From: the human T2T-CHM13v2.0 reference genome, Homo sapiens
Direction: 5' to 3' (one strand)
Length of the DNA: 64,000 nt
Assembly (NCBI RefSeq): GCF_009914755.1
Contig: NC_060935.1
In this document: in pieces, positions 13,901-31,543 of the stretch
Layout of the letters: each line of letters starts with the position of its first letter
Position numbering within the stretch: position 1 is the first letter of the stretch
Translations under genes and position numbers: made by a program
The notes under the pieces: generated by a model
Databases searched by the model: none
Told to the model about the DNA's origin: nothing
The model's input: the letters and a program-made list of their open reading frames with translations, nothing else

Positions 13901-13990
13901 TGGGAGACAGGAATTGAGAGTCACAGAGGAAGGACAGTGGAGTCTGGCATCTTATTGGTAAGTGGCTGACATTCCTTTGCCAGTGACTGC
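13900..13990 (-). promoter_or_regulatory. Proximal promoter with CCAAT box and M-CAT (TEAD-type) motif
   Basis: ATTGG 13954-13958 (CCAAT on minus); ACATTCCT 13969-13976. Confidence 0.5.
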
Positions 13991-16900
13991 GTTCTGTGAT
14001 TGTGCACTTCATCTCCCAGCCACTTAGGATTTTTGACACACTCTGTTCTGCAAAGCCATCCTTTCTTGCCATGTTGCCAGAATGTAAAAACTGTAAGATG
14101 AAGCTTTTTTAAATAAAGGAAACAAAACACGACTTTATTTCCTGCTGGGATTTTATGGCAAAAAGTTGAAACAAGAGTAAATATAACCTATTTGTATATC
14201 TCCTAATGCCACCCAAAATAAGAGTAAGCAATTCCTACACGCAAATTGCAAATTGTAAGGCAATAAATGCCAGGATAAAGTGAGGATGTTTCTACAAAAG
14301 AAACTAAATGTTTGGAAAATAGGATGCCGTTCTCAGGTACTGAATGTATGCCTTATGTTTGAGCAATGAGTTTCCGAGACTAAATAATTGGGCATCTGGC
14401 ATTGCAATAACTTGTTAAAATTCAGTAGGGATGCTCTATAAGTGGAGTTCTACAAAGTTCGTGAGACTGAGAAAAACTGTATCTTGGATTATGCTGAGCT
14501 TTTTTCTAAAGGTTGTATAGGATTGTGATAGATTAAAAAATTATGTTCAGACATCCTTACCATGTTTTGTAGGGAGATATACGGAAGAGAATATCAATTT
14601 GCACATACACAAACCTGAGAATTACTCTGATGACCTGAACAATAAGTTGTTTCAACTATATTTATTTGCGAAAGAACCAGAATCCACTAAATATTTTAGA
14701 ATTATATTACTTTTAAATCTTAGAACCGTTCTCCCAAGAAAAATACAATTTCATGTGGTAATTTAAATGCAGGTGAGAAGCAAAAAACTTTTAAACTGTT
14801 GTATGTTCAATGCCTTACCTACATTTCATTCATTTGTTTCTTAATTTAAAAGAGAAAATCATTTAGAGGGTCAATACTTCTACTTTGATTCTCAATTACG
14901 ACTGTGGAAATAAGGATGAAAGAAGTAGATGTTCATTAGAATACTAGCATTTAAAATTATAGACAAATAGTCAAATTTAAAAATTAATGCAGATATCATC
15001 GATTACTGTTGAATTGCAACAGAATTACAGAAGTACTTATGACCATTACAGGGAGCTTAAAGGAGTTCATTATGATTAATATTGTGACTCTCAGTATTTT
15101 AAAAAATAATGATTAGGTCATTAACTGTTTTTGAAAATGCCTGTAGTCAATTTTGAGCAATTCTCATGGTTGCTTGCATATTCTCCTATTTCATGCTCAA
15201 ATTATTCTAAGTTAAGTGGGGACTAGTATGCTGAGTCTTAAACTTAACAGGCATAAGTTTACTCTGACTCTAATCGAAAAGAGGTATGAGTAAGAATATG
15301 TCATATAAAACTAATGATAACAAATTAAAGATATTACATAAAAAGATCATCTAAGTCCATTAAAGGGAAAAAGGCAAAAAAAATCAGAGTTAAAGTTATA
15401 AAAAGGGAAATTCAATATAAAGAATAGAATTTGACAAATAGCTGGAGTGTGAGGGAATGATATTAAAGCCTATCTGAAAATAGAAAGTCAGTGAAATGAT
15501 TATTACAAGTGCCAGTGTTTTTGCTTAGGAATTGGTGTATCCTTTAAATTATTTAAAACTTCTGAAAATTGAGAAAGGAGGAGAAAAACTGCTAATTTTA
15601 ATTTCTTTCTGATTCCATAGACAACTGAACAGAAAGTTAGATTCTTAAAAGTTATATAAAAATATAATCCCATAGATTAACTAAATGCCGGACTTTGTCT
15701 ATAAGTTGTGAGGCACATGCACACCAAGGTGCTTTTGGAAATACATCCAAAAAGCTACAGTTGTGGAATTTTTAAATGAATAGCTGAAATACCTGAATGT
15801 TTCTCAAGGTGAGCAGTTAGTACTTCAAGTATTAGGTGGTCTGAAACAATTCTTAGTCAGGGAGCCAACCTGAAATCAAATCATGAATCTATACATAGAA
15901 TATGTTTATGTAAGATGAATCATTAAAATTAGTAGCATGTAAAAATTTACTTCAATCTTATGTGTCCAATTAAGTAGCGCTATCTGTTAGAAATGTACCA
16001 GGTTTGGCTGATATGTATTTCTTTAAATGTCTCTTTTACTTCACAGTTTAGAAAATCTTGACCACTTTCAGGGTAGAGGTAGGAGTGTGATTGTCTGTCA
16101 CAGCTGACTTAGCAATATGGACCAGAGGGTGCCAGTAAAGGGCAAAGGGCCCGCATAGGCTGGCCAAAGCATTTTGGAGTTTGTCTTACTTCTAGACAAA
16201 ATAAAGGCATAATTTGTGAAGATTAAAATAAAAATGATGAAAACTTCTCTAGATGGCTGTAATACTGTGAAGATGATTTGACTGTAGAGAGTTTGATTGG
16301 CTAAAACAAAGTTGTAGCAGAGTTTAGTGTCTCCTTCATCAGTCAAAAACTAATCCAGAATTTTATGAGGCTCAGATATTTACAATATTGTAATTTGCCG
16401 AATCCATTCTTTCTCATGTATCTTGATTACCTATTGTCTTTGAACTTTCTTTTAAAATACGGGTTTTTAAATTTTTACCAAGTCGTTGGAAATTTATTTC
16501 TCTTACTTTAAATAATAAACTCATACATTCATGTAGTTTGTTTTCTTGAAATTCTGACTCCAGGAGTTGATTTTATCTCTCTTTCTTCTTTCTGACAATC
16601 CAAGCATAAAGTAAGAGAGTAATATGTTTCTCACAAGATGTTAAGAACCGTGTTGTAAGGCTGTGCTAACATGTTACATGAACTTCTTAACACTTTATAG
16701 CAGGAAAGAGACTGGTCGGAAGCTCAAAGCGGTAGAATCACTGCAGAGGTCTATTTTCTGAGCATTTGTGATCAATAACTCCACATTAGAGGCTGGTACA
16801 TTTTAAAAAGTAATGAAGTATATAAAACTCCTAATGCTTAAGATTTAAGATTAAAAACTATTATGAACTATATTCCATCTCCCTACCCACTCAAGTAAGA

Positions 16901-19329
16901 AATCCTGTTTTATGATTTTTGGAGATTCAAATGTGTATTGTTAGAAGTGTTCTAATAAACTGAATATTATTAGTTTATGTTTTTTCCAGACACTTAAACA
17001 GTGTTTTAGTTAATTATTTTATTTAAATTGAATGACACAAAATATAGTGTTTTAATACAGTGGCTATAAAAGCAATTTTTAAAGGGAAACATGAATTTGC
17101 TTTTTAAGAAAACTGGTTTTACAATGGATTTCTTTCATCAAAATTATTTTGAAGTATTGAATTGAATCCCAAGAAATTGACACAACACTGTATAACTTCA
17201 GTTATGTTTTGCCTATTATAAATATTTGCATAAGCTAATTGTAGATAATTTTATGTCTATTAATCCCCATAAATTAAAACACACGTCTTTAGTTTTATAT
17301 CCCAGAGTAGTGCATGTTATATTTTTGACATTATACCCTCCTCAAACATAAGCTCATACGTGTTACAAAGCTATTCAAAGTATGGTAGTTTCTCTTTTCT
17401 CCAGTGCAGGGAACTGGGAACTTTCCAGAGAGGCCACAAAGTAATTGTGAAAAATAAATCAAGATTGTCTGTTTTATGGAAATAAAAAAAAGAATCTCAT
17501 TTTTAATCTAATATAAAATAGTGTGAGATCTATCATTCATGAGAATCTTAAGAAATTACAGTCATATTCATTTCCTGTGTATTTCTTAAGCTAGAATTTC
17601 TTGTGATCACTGCCATTTTTAAATGTTTCAGAAAATGTTTCATTAGATACATTTTAAAACACGGGTGTAAAGTTGTTTTTTCTCTTTTTCTAAGTGGTTC
17701 TTAAAAACTCATAATGATCTAAATAACTTGTTGCCCAATGGCCACTTTTTATTTATTTATTTATTTTCACAAATGACCTTCTCATAACAGATCCGACAGG
17801 ACTCACCTATTTCCTCTTATGCCAGTCATGTTTCCAAATATTTCTCACACTCAATTTGCATAGAGCGGAGATCTAGATAAAAAGCAAGAAGCCAATACAT
17901 TTTATGAGTTTTCTATGAAAAATATTGTTACAGTTAGTATCTTTACTAGAAAATATGGAGCCAATTAAAGGGAAAGTGACTAAACTGAACAGAATCCAAA
18001 TAAGCAATTGCATTTTAGGCAAGGAATATTTCATTTATCTGAATGATCAAAAATTCTCTTTCATAACCATTGACTGGAAAAGTATAATTATATATTTAAA
18101 CATTTTATGAAGGGCGTAGAGATGTTCTTCATAGGATTCTTATAGCTGCTAACAACCCAGAAAGGAGAACATCTCATCTTCCATTACTATCCAGTAGTAA
18201 ACGTAGCATATGTTTAGGAAGAGAAATGTTGCTGATTATATAGGTGATAAAAAGTTGATTGAAATTCTCTTCCTTTTGTGAGTTATAATATTGGCAGAAG
18301 CATTCATCATGAGGCTAAAAATACTGAGATGCTCTCATCGAGAGATATTATAATGATAGTAATAAAGTATCTGGAGCTGCAACCAGGTCTATTAATGTAT
18401 TTTTACAAATATTTCATTAGTTGCAGGAGTTTGTATTTATCATATAAATAGTAGAGAAATGGGATGTTGATTTTGTGAGAAATTTACTTTTAAGTATATA
18501 AAGTTTTATCTTTATTTTCTTAAATAATTAATGTTATACTTAGAAGTATTAAGGATTTTTTTCTGAAATTAAACGAAATATAAAGGCAATACTCAAGAAT
18601 TTAGAACAACTATTCTAATTCACCTAGGTTCTCCCATTTCAGTTACATGCAAGAACTTACTTTCAATTATGCAATATTTGTTGAGATACTATTGTTCTTG
18701 AGCCTTTAAGTGTACTAAACTAGACAAAATCCCTGATGATTAAAAGTAATATTATTGGAAGTTACAGGTGAGTGACAACAGGAATTTTTAAAAGAATTTT
18801 ATTGTTTTCTAAAAATACATTTTTATTTAATTGGCAGTTTCATGATCATTAAATATGATAGGAATTCCTGGGCACTGGAACAGATTGACCCCAAATATAT
18901 CTGAAAACACTGTGAAAAGTCTCATGTTTAATCTGTTAGGTATTGTATTTTGCCTTATTTTGTTATTTTAAAACCTTCTTCTTCATATTCTTTTCTAAAA
19001 GATATAGACTGGCTTAATATTATCTCCCATATAGCAAAAATTATTAAAACAACTTGTTAGTGACCACTATTTCTTTTCTAATTTTGTATTTTCAATGATA
19101 AGAATTTCAAAAGTTATGGCATTGATAAGAGAATTGAAACTCTAAGCTTCATAATTCTATTTAATACTCTCTTCCTCCTTCTGTGATGCTGTTATTCTAA
19201 TGTGTGAGCTGGTGAATGAGAGTTCATGCTAAAATAACCGTATCATTCAAATTCAGCACAAATCTCATGATTTATTGATGATTAATTGTGGAACCCTTAG
19301 GAAAAAGTGACAGAATAAATACCATTTAA

Positions 19330-19500
19330 TATTGGAAGGGGCCATGCGAGCTCATATTTTTACCTACTCATAATAAACAAAGTTTCTTCACTAATAAGCA
19401 AGGGTATAAAAAGGTGAAGTGATGTGTTCAACATTGCAAGTAATGCAAAAGATGGAATTAGAACCCACATCTCTTAAATTTGAAGATCAGAGCTTTTTAT
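19330..19500 (-). mobile_element. MIR SINE
   Basis: aaggtgaagtga…gatggaattagaaccca…agagctttt. Confidence 0.55.
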
Positions 19501-21644
19501 GGCTTATACTTCATTTTAGACTGTGGACATCTTGATTATTTTTGTATCTATTCAAATCAAATCCTTATATTAGAATATAAATATATGTAATTTCCTTGTT
19601 GCCACTGATTATACATAAAACATTGTCTTTTAAGATTAGAAATTTAAGATCCAATTATATTAACTCAGTGGAAACTGCTATACCCGCATTCTCTTAACCA
19701 ACAACTACAGAACTTAATTGCTAGATGTGAACTTTTTCACAATGAACTTGGTATGCACTCACCAGCTACATCAAATGACAGAAGGGGTTTTTTTTTTGAC
19801 AGTTTTAATTATGAAACTTGGGAATCTTTTAGAGTATTATAATGAAGTAGAAAAAAGGATTTAAGTGATTTTATTCCATGGCATATATGTAAGGGAACAT
19901 CCATTTGCCCTATAATACTTCTTAATTTTTCCCAGACTGGCAGGTTTTCTTTTTTTCCTAGTAATAAATGTTTAATGGAAGCCCTAAATCAAACAGAAAC
20001 TCAGCAAGAAATGTAGATGAGAGTATATTTCTGTGTTTGACAAATTTTGGGTAAACTTTAATTCATGGGCTTTTTAAAGGTAGTAGCGATTTTAGAGCAT
20101 TTGATAATAAAGCAGAGAATATATCTCTTGAAATATGCACTACTTTTCTGTGTTTTAAAATTCAAATGTCAACTTGTATATAAATTCTAGTTTTTCTGTT
20201 ACAATATTAAAGGAGGTTAATAGACAACAAATTTGAAACCGTAATAGTATTTAATCGTCATTGTATCTGAACCAAAGTTTACTTATGCTTAATTTTAATA
20301 ATGTCATATAAATTGTTTTAGAATGAATATATACACTAAAAATTCCTCAGTAGAACTGAATATGATAAAACATAAAATTACCATAGTGCAATTGAGTGGA
20401 AGGCAGTTTAAATATTGCTGAATTTCTGGTATTACATTGCTTGTACAGATGCCTTCTCCTGATGCTTTAATTGACAAATTATGACAAGCAATTTATGTGT
20501 TTGGGGGAATGAATTCAAGTTTTAAGACTTTTTCTTTAAACACTGAATATTTAAAGATGGCGCGATAAGTGTAGCAGAGATGAGGTAAAAGACGGTGACT
20601 AAAAAGGTTAATATTTTATCTGAAGTCTTTTATATCCTAAGTATATAACCCCAGTTTGCAAATAAAATAAAGAAAATATAAAACATGTCCTTGAAGCCCA
20701 ATGAATAGTCATTTTAGTTCTTTGAATTTTTACTTTCCTTAGTTATTTATTTTCCTAAAACTTACATTCAATTCTTTAACATTTTCAAATAACAGTAATC
20801 TTAGTAAGAAGGAGTAGTTATCTGAGATTGAAGTTAAGTGATCCAGAATTGATTTTATGAAAATTATACATATTAACTGTTTTAAAAATATATGACTGTG
20901 TTTGTTTGTTTCTCATTCTTTAACGTGGTCTTGTTAGTAAGTGCCACAGTGAGTAATTTAATGCAATTTCAACATTAATTTACTCACATAAATGGTCTAC
21001 TGTGGACAGTGGCAGTACAAAGGAAGAATATAAAAGAGAATAAATAGTTCAAACCTGGTGGAGGAAATACACCCATAGGGTGAATATAATTCAATGTGAA
21101 ATGTGCAGTCATAGAGGTATATGTGACTAAGATACAGATTTTCAATATTTCTCCTTCTGGAGACTTCTGTTACTTTTCTCCTAATGAGTCTTTCCAGCTT
21201 GGACAATTTCATGCTAACATTAGTTCTCTAACTGCTGCATTTACTTTTCAGTGCCTAAGTTATTTTAAAGTGACTTTGGTTCCAAGATTCACCTAACCAC
21301 TTTAAATGAATGTGATGTTTTTTGACATCTCATTATGTTGCTAACTTTAATATCTCAGAGCCATCTAATCTCTCATGGTATAGCCAAACTCAAGGTAAAA
21401 ATGAATGTGGCTGAGATGCTGTGGAAAAAAATGCCATTTCTATATGTTATAAATAAGACTGATTTCTTTCATTTATGTAGTATGATATATTAATGCTGCT
21501 GATAAAACTTATTTTGCAGGAGTGGATTAACTATGAAGCCAATGAAGCTTTGCTTATATGGCCGTTTCCAAATAGTAATAGTAGTAATAGTGGCAGAAGT
21601 CATAGTAAACATTATTTTAATAATTATAATAATATAGCTAACAT

Positions 21645-21770
21645 AGGGAGTCATATGGATTAAAGGATGTGGTATTTGAATTTTAGGTTCAGTTTTGACT
21701 TTAAAACTTATTAGCTGTATAATTTTGGACAAGTAAAATCTTTCTTTACGTACAAAATACCTGTCATAAT
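21645..21770 (+). mobile_element. MIR fragment
   Basis: ggttcagttttgac…acttattagctgtataattttggacaagt. Confidence 0.5.
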
Positions 21771-22759
21771 ATTATATACAAGAAAAAATATCTACTTTTC
21801 AATGGTAAAAAAATTATAGTATTAAAATCATTAAAGGTTTGAGTCTAGGAAGAAATTTTTATTTTACTTCAATTTTCATTCTAAGCTTATCTGTCTACCC
21901 AAATATTCTATTTTTTTTTTAATGAGACACAATCCTGTTCTAATTGTGGAAGGGGATATTGAGATCTTTAGAACATCAGCATTTAAAGATTATTCTGTGT
22001 ATCTCATCTTTTATTCAAAGAATTTTCTTGAATGTATACTTCTAATAAATCTGGTATGTTTGATACCATATGCTTTTGGGGATTCAAAGGAAGTGAGAAG
22101 TTTGACCACTGACATTGAAAAGATGGAAAATCGTTCAGTCAGGACACAGCTTAATAAGAAACTTAAGGAAAAAATACCTGTAAAAGACTGTAGAAACACT
22201 GGAGGAACAGAAATGGTCATTGTGGTGATGGATTAAACTGACTTCTTAGACAAACTCTTTTCAGTTGGTGGGAAGAGAGGCAGAAACAAAACAAATGTGT
22301 AGGAAAACAGTAGGAAAGCTAATTAATGTACAGAAAGAATGCTTTTAATGCAAAGAGAGAGGTTAAAAATTATAAAATGAGGAAATTTGGAGGATTCTAA
22401 GATAAACTGAAAAAATTGGGATTTTGTTCCAAAGCAAGAGAATAATATTTATCTCAAGATTAGATGATATTTGAGTTTCTTCTCAGTTTTTCCCTTTACT
22501 GTGACTTGTACAGGTCACCTTGCTTCTCTCCCTAGTTTATTAATTTCTCAATCAAAAGAATTATAATCAATGAATTTAAAGCATATTCTTCAGGTTTTGA
22601 TCCACTGTTACTCTATGACTGTGTGAGTTAGGAGGTTTTGACAAAGAGAAGAATGGAATGAAATGAAAATCTAGGGATTGACAACTGCATCTAGAATGAA
22701 CTCCACAGAAGAGAGAGAAGAGAGAAGAAACCACATTCATGGCATATGGTGAGGTCACA

Positions 22760-22905
22760 AAAAGAGCATGGGCTTCTTAGACTCAGGTTTAACCCAGGTG
22801 TTTCCCTGAGCAACACCATAACCTTTCTATGTTTTCATTTCTTTCCCTGTAAAAGATGATATTGACTACTAACTCATAGTTTTTTTTTGCGAGAAGGAAA
22901 TGAGA
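22760..22905 (+). mobile_element. MIR fragment
   Basis: aaagagcatgggct…acctttctatgttttcatttctttccctgtaaaa…ctcatag. Confidence 0.55.
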
Positions 22906-23443
22906 CTGTAGATTTAGGAATCAAAATTACTTCCTTCATATCTTTAGCTATAGATGCTTACAAAATTTCTTTTTATCCTTAGACTTTTTAAGGTATAAAA
23001 TTATTTAAATTTTGTATAAATATATGTGGATACAATGACTCTAGTATTCTAAATATGCAGAAAATCACTATTTTCTTGGCTGGATGCTGTGTATTCATGT
23101 ATGTTTGCTGATGGTGACATGTTTTATTTTAATGACCTTATTTTATTTGCTCATTTTGACAGTGATTACCTCTTCTGGACATTTTACTTTAATTTTGTTT
23201 TGTTGGGCTAGAAAAGGGATGTCCTTCATTTCCCTTTACAAAATTATTTAGAGCATAGATTCTATTTTGTAAGTAGAGGAAGATATTTCACATAATGTCT
23301 TTTGAATCCTGTGTGATAACAAAATAGTACAGAATACATTCATTTGAAATTAATAATGTTCCCCAATTATATTATTTTTTCACTTTTATTGTCTGTTTTG
23401 CTACTTCAAAAAAGTGATCTTATGAAACAGACTTGTGCTATAA

Positions 23444-23783
<340 letters not shown>

Positions 23784-24670
23784 TAATGCTAACTCTTTAA
23801 AACAAACTGAAACTGAAATCTTTTAAATTGTGAATTGTAATTGTATTTTACAGCAAAAATACAATGATTTAAGCTTGCAAACATTTTACAATTTTTTTTC
23901 CAAAAATGACATCTAGATATATTACTATGGTAGCTTTTTTGGATTGGCTACTATGTCAATGAGTTATTATAAAATAAAAACACATTTTATTATATGTGTG
24001 GTAAATCATATAATATTTTAAGTATGTATGTCCTTTATACCCGTGCAATAAGTAAACCTCTTCCTGAAACATTTACTGATTATTCTACTGTTGCAGAAGA
24101 TATAATATAGTAGAAAGAAATGGAAGAAAGAAATCTCAGATAAGAATATTTTCTTTCAAAAAGGTATGAGAAAAATTTATTGGGTCTGGAACTATTGGAT
24201 AGAGAGGAAAAAAAGGTGAAGAAAGCCACCAAGCAGACAGGAGAGGGAGCTGATAGAAAGCAATTTTGTACTGTTCACTGAGGAAGTCATTAAATAAATA
24301 TTCATACCATGAGCTATTTGAAAAAAAAACCAAACAAACCTGGAATTGATATTTCACCTGAAACAAAGGTGTCTTTTAATCTTTGCTCCATGTATTTTTC
24401 TTATAAGATAATAGTTCTTAAGATCTAAATTCATGGCTTAGTTTTTCTTTCTTTTTTTTTTTATTATTATACTTTAAGTTTTAGGGTACATGTGCACAAT
24501 GTGCAGGTTAGTTACATATGTATACATGTGCCATGCTGGTGCGCTGCACCCATTAACTCGTCATCTAGCATTAGGTATATCTCCCAATGCTATCCCTCCC
24601 CCCTCCCCCCACCCCACAACAGTCCCCAGAGTGTGATGTTCCCTTTCCTGTGTCCATGTGTTCTCATTGT

Positions 24671-28498
<3,828 letters not shown>

Positions 28499-28561
28499 TA
28501 TGATGTTAGCTGGTTATTTTGCTCGTTAGTTGATGCAGTTTCTTCCTAGTCTCGATGGTCT

Positions 28562-28817
28562 TTACATTTTGGCATGATTTTGCAGCGGCTGGTACCAGTT
28601 GTTCCTTTCCATGTTTAGCACTTCCTTCTGGAGCTCTTTTAGGGCAGGCCTGGTGGTGACAAAATCTCTCAGCATTTGCTTGTCTGTAAAGTATTTTATT
28701 TCTCCTTCACTTATGAAGCTTAGTTTGGCTGGATATGAAATTCTGGGTTGAAAATTCTTTTCTTTGAGAATGTTGAATATTGGCCCCCACTCTCTTTTGG
28801 CTTGTAGAGTTTCTGCC
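28562..28817 (-). pseudogene. L1 ORF1 C-terminal fragment
   Basis: Translates AETLQAKREWGPIFNILKEKNFQPRISYPAKLSF…HAKM*. Confidence 0.9.
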
Positions 28818-29099
28818 CATGGCTTATTTTTTCACGTTGCGTATCGAAATGCCAGCTATTCAGAAATGCCATACAGTTGCTTGGATAAATATTAATTTAG
28901 AAGGAAGAAATGACCTAGTGTTCTCATTTATAATTCTTATAACTTGTCCGGTTTAGACATTATATATGGTCCAATATCTCCTACACATCAGATTTTTTTT
29001 TCCCAAGATGGAGTTTCACTCCCTCAGAAGTAGTCATCATTTTATACATGTATCATTCTATTTATAGATAATGTTGTTTCAATTTTTCTTAATATAATT

Positions 29100-29600
29100 T
29101 TGGGTAGCTACATAACAAAAATGTATCTAATTTTTAATAGAGTACTTTTGATAAAGTTATACATGATTTATATGAATAGTTCCTCACCTAAAATTATCTA
29201 TCAATTTATTTCTCATATGAAAACAAATAAATATGAAATTAAAATTCTTAGTTATGAATTTTATATGAGTGGATCTTGAAGTAGTATTGCTAGGTCATTG
29301 AGAAGGTACACTTAAAATTTTGCTTTTACTGCCAAGTTTTCCTCCATAGCGATGATACTAATACTCCCACTATTAGTGTATTACAGTGTCTGTCTCGTCC
29401 CACTGTAGCCAACACACTGTGCTACCAAACTGCTTGTTCTATGCCTAACAGAATGGTTCTAAAAGAAAGTATGTTTTTATTTTAATTTATGTTTAATATT
29501 TGAACATCCCTTTATGTTTATAACACATTTTTTATTTGACCTATGGTTCCTACCCATTCGCCAGTGATGTTCTGAGTTGATCTTTTTCCTAGTCCCTTTA
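29100..29600 (-). mobile_element. Ancient L1M(E) fragment
   Basis: gaagtagtattgctaggtca…tactgccaagttttcctccatag…tactcccac. Confidence 0.5.
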
Positions 29601-29899
29601 CATATTAACAGAAACAAACCCATAGCAGCAAGAGGTCAATCTAAAATGCTTTGAGGCATTGCCAGATTTTATAAGAAATAAAATGCATATCTGTGAAAAC
29701 ATAGAGATGTTTGTACAAATACCATTGTCTTCTTTTCTCCCTCCACTGTAAGCAAAAGATCCAGTGGAGATCCAATGAAGAGAAGATAATTTTATCTTCT
29801 TCAATCACATAAAATAATCCAGATAAATGAGCCTGTTTTCTCATATTCAAAGTAGCCTTCTGAATATCACTCACTCAACACTGCTTCAGGGAATCTCAC

Positions 29900-30240
29900 T
29901 GGGAATTTTTTTCACCAGACTGGTTTCTCTCCCTCTATTCTCCAACATGTCAATAATTCTGATGGGATAATCTTTCAGAGACTCAAGCTTGTCATGTCAT
30001 TTCTTTGCTCTAAAAGCTTTAATCGTTTCTACTGCTTAAAGAATACATTTCAGATTTGGCAGTGTTCCATTAAGGAGTTCTATAACTGTCCTTCAGCAAC
30101 TCTTTTCTAGGCTCCTTTGCAGCTACAACAATGCATATATTTTAAATTGAGTCACAGTACTACCAAAACCTATCATTAGTTGTCCCATCTCTATACTTTT
30201 GCTGACATCATTTTCTGCCAAAATTAATGCTCTGGGACAT
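29900..30240 (+). mobile_element. L2 fragment
   Basis: ataatctttcag…gtcatgtcatttctttgctctaaaagcttt. Confidence 0.45.
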
Positions 30241-30248
30241 ATTTTTCC

Positions 30249-30548
30249 TTCTTTTTTCTTTTCTTTTTTTTTTTTTTTTTTTTTTAACATGGAGTCTCGC
30301 TCTCTTACCCAGGGTGGATTGCAGTGATGCGATCTCGGTTCACAGCAACCTCCATCTCTCAGGTTCAAGCAATTCTCTGCCTCAGCGTCCCAAGTAGCTG
30401 GGATTACAAGCACGCCCCACCACGCACAGCTAATTTTTGTATTTTTAGTAGAGACGGGGTTTCACCATCTTGGCCAGGCTGGTCTTGAACTCCTGACCTC
30501 ATGATCCAAAAGTGCTGGGATTACAGGTGTGAGCCACTGTGCCTGGCC
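30249..30548 (-). mobile_element. AluS (AluSg-like) with a ~17-nt internal deletion
   Basis: Alu consensus; catgatcc joins directly to aaaagtgctggg; degenerate TSD ggacat…. Confidence 0.92.
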
Positions 30549-30959
30549 AGGACATCTCTTTACAAAAATTACTTTTCCTATCAGGAGATTGCAAGCTGCT
30601 TTAAGGATAAGAAAGTGTTTTGATAATTTTGATAAACTGCTTTGCCTAACATAAACACGGGGGTATTTATTTAATTAATTTTTTATTAATTTAGAGCATA
30701 ATTTAATTTAATTAATTTAATACATTCTGCTCTAAATAATATAATGCTTTAAAGAGGCCAACATTGAAAAATACTTCATAAAGAACAATTACCTTTAGTG
30801 AGGTATAACACAGAGTGAGCTCTCAGTTAAGTTGTTATAGGTTCATTTCTGGTCCTTGACCTAATAACATCAATAAGACTAATTATTTGTCCAAGCTGTA
30901 GTTCCCTAATTGGAATCAAGATATAAAACTTGTATATTCTTAAAGAAATTATGATAAAA

Positions 30960-31228
30960 GTTTTTTTACTTTTAATTGACAAATAATAGTTGTGAATATT
31001 TATAAGATACACATTGATGTTTTGATAACATCATTGATGTTACATATACTGTAGAGTGATCAGATCAGCGTAATTAGCATATCTATCATCTCAAATATTT
31101 ATCATTTCTTTGTGTTGGTAAAGATCAGTATTCTCCTTCTAGCTATTATAAACTATACATTCCTGTTAACTGTAGTCATCAGTGGTGTATAACAATGCTA
31201 GAACTGATTCCTCCTGTCTAGCTGTAAA
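30960..31228 (-). mobile_element. L1MA 3' end fragment
   Basis: tttaattgacaaataat…gatcagatcag…taattagcatatctatcatctcaaa…atcatttctttgtgttgg. Confidence 0.75.
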
Positions 31229-31477
31229 ATTTAAAATCCATTGACTCAATGAATTTTACAACGCCTTCATTGCTTGTTACAAAGCATGTAACATTGCTTA
31301 TTACAAAAACAAGGGCAGTAGACCAACGCTTCTTTTAGCTCTGCTGAAACATGAACAAATACTTTTCATTTTTTACATCATTTATAATTGTCCATAACTT
31401 CTACAAAGTTAATACTTAACACAAAAAGAAGGATATATATTATTTTACAATCTCTTATATAGTACATATATAGTATA

Positions 31478-31543
31478 TATAATACATCTTTCATTATAAA
31501 ATGTAAGATGTATTATTCATTTTATAATGAAAGATGTATTATA
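31478..31543. repeat. Perfect 26-bp inverted repeat with 14-nt spacer
   Basis: tataatacatctttcattataaaatg (31478-31503) and cattttataatgaaagatgtattata (31518-31543). Confidence 0.9.

Noticed and set aside
13159-13924. Several 60-136 aa ORFs on both strands in the CpG island
   Set aside because: Expected by-product of high GC (few stop codons); Arg/Pro/Ala-rich with no recognisable domain
15974-15993. Weak CTCF-like words (also ~45386 and ~52072)
   Set aside because: Several mismatches at high-information core positions
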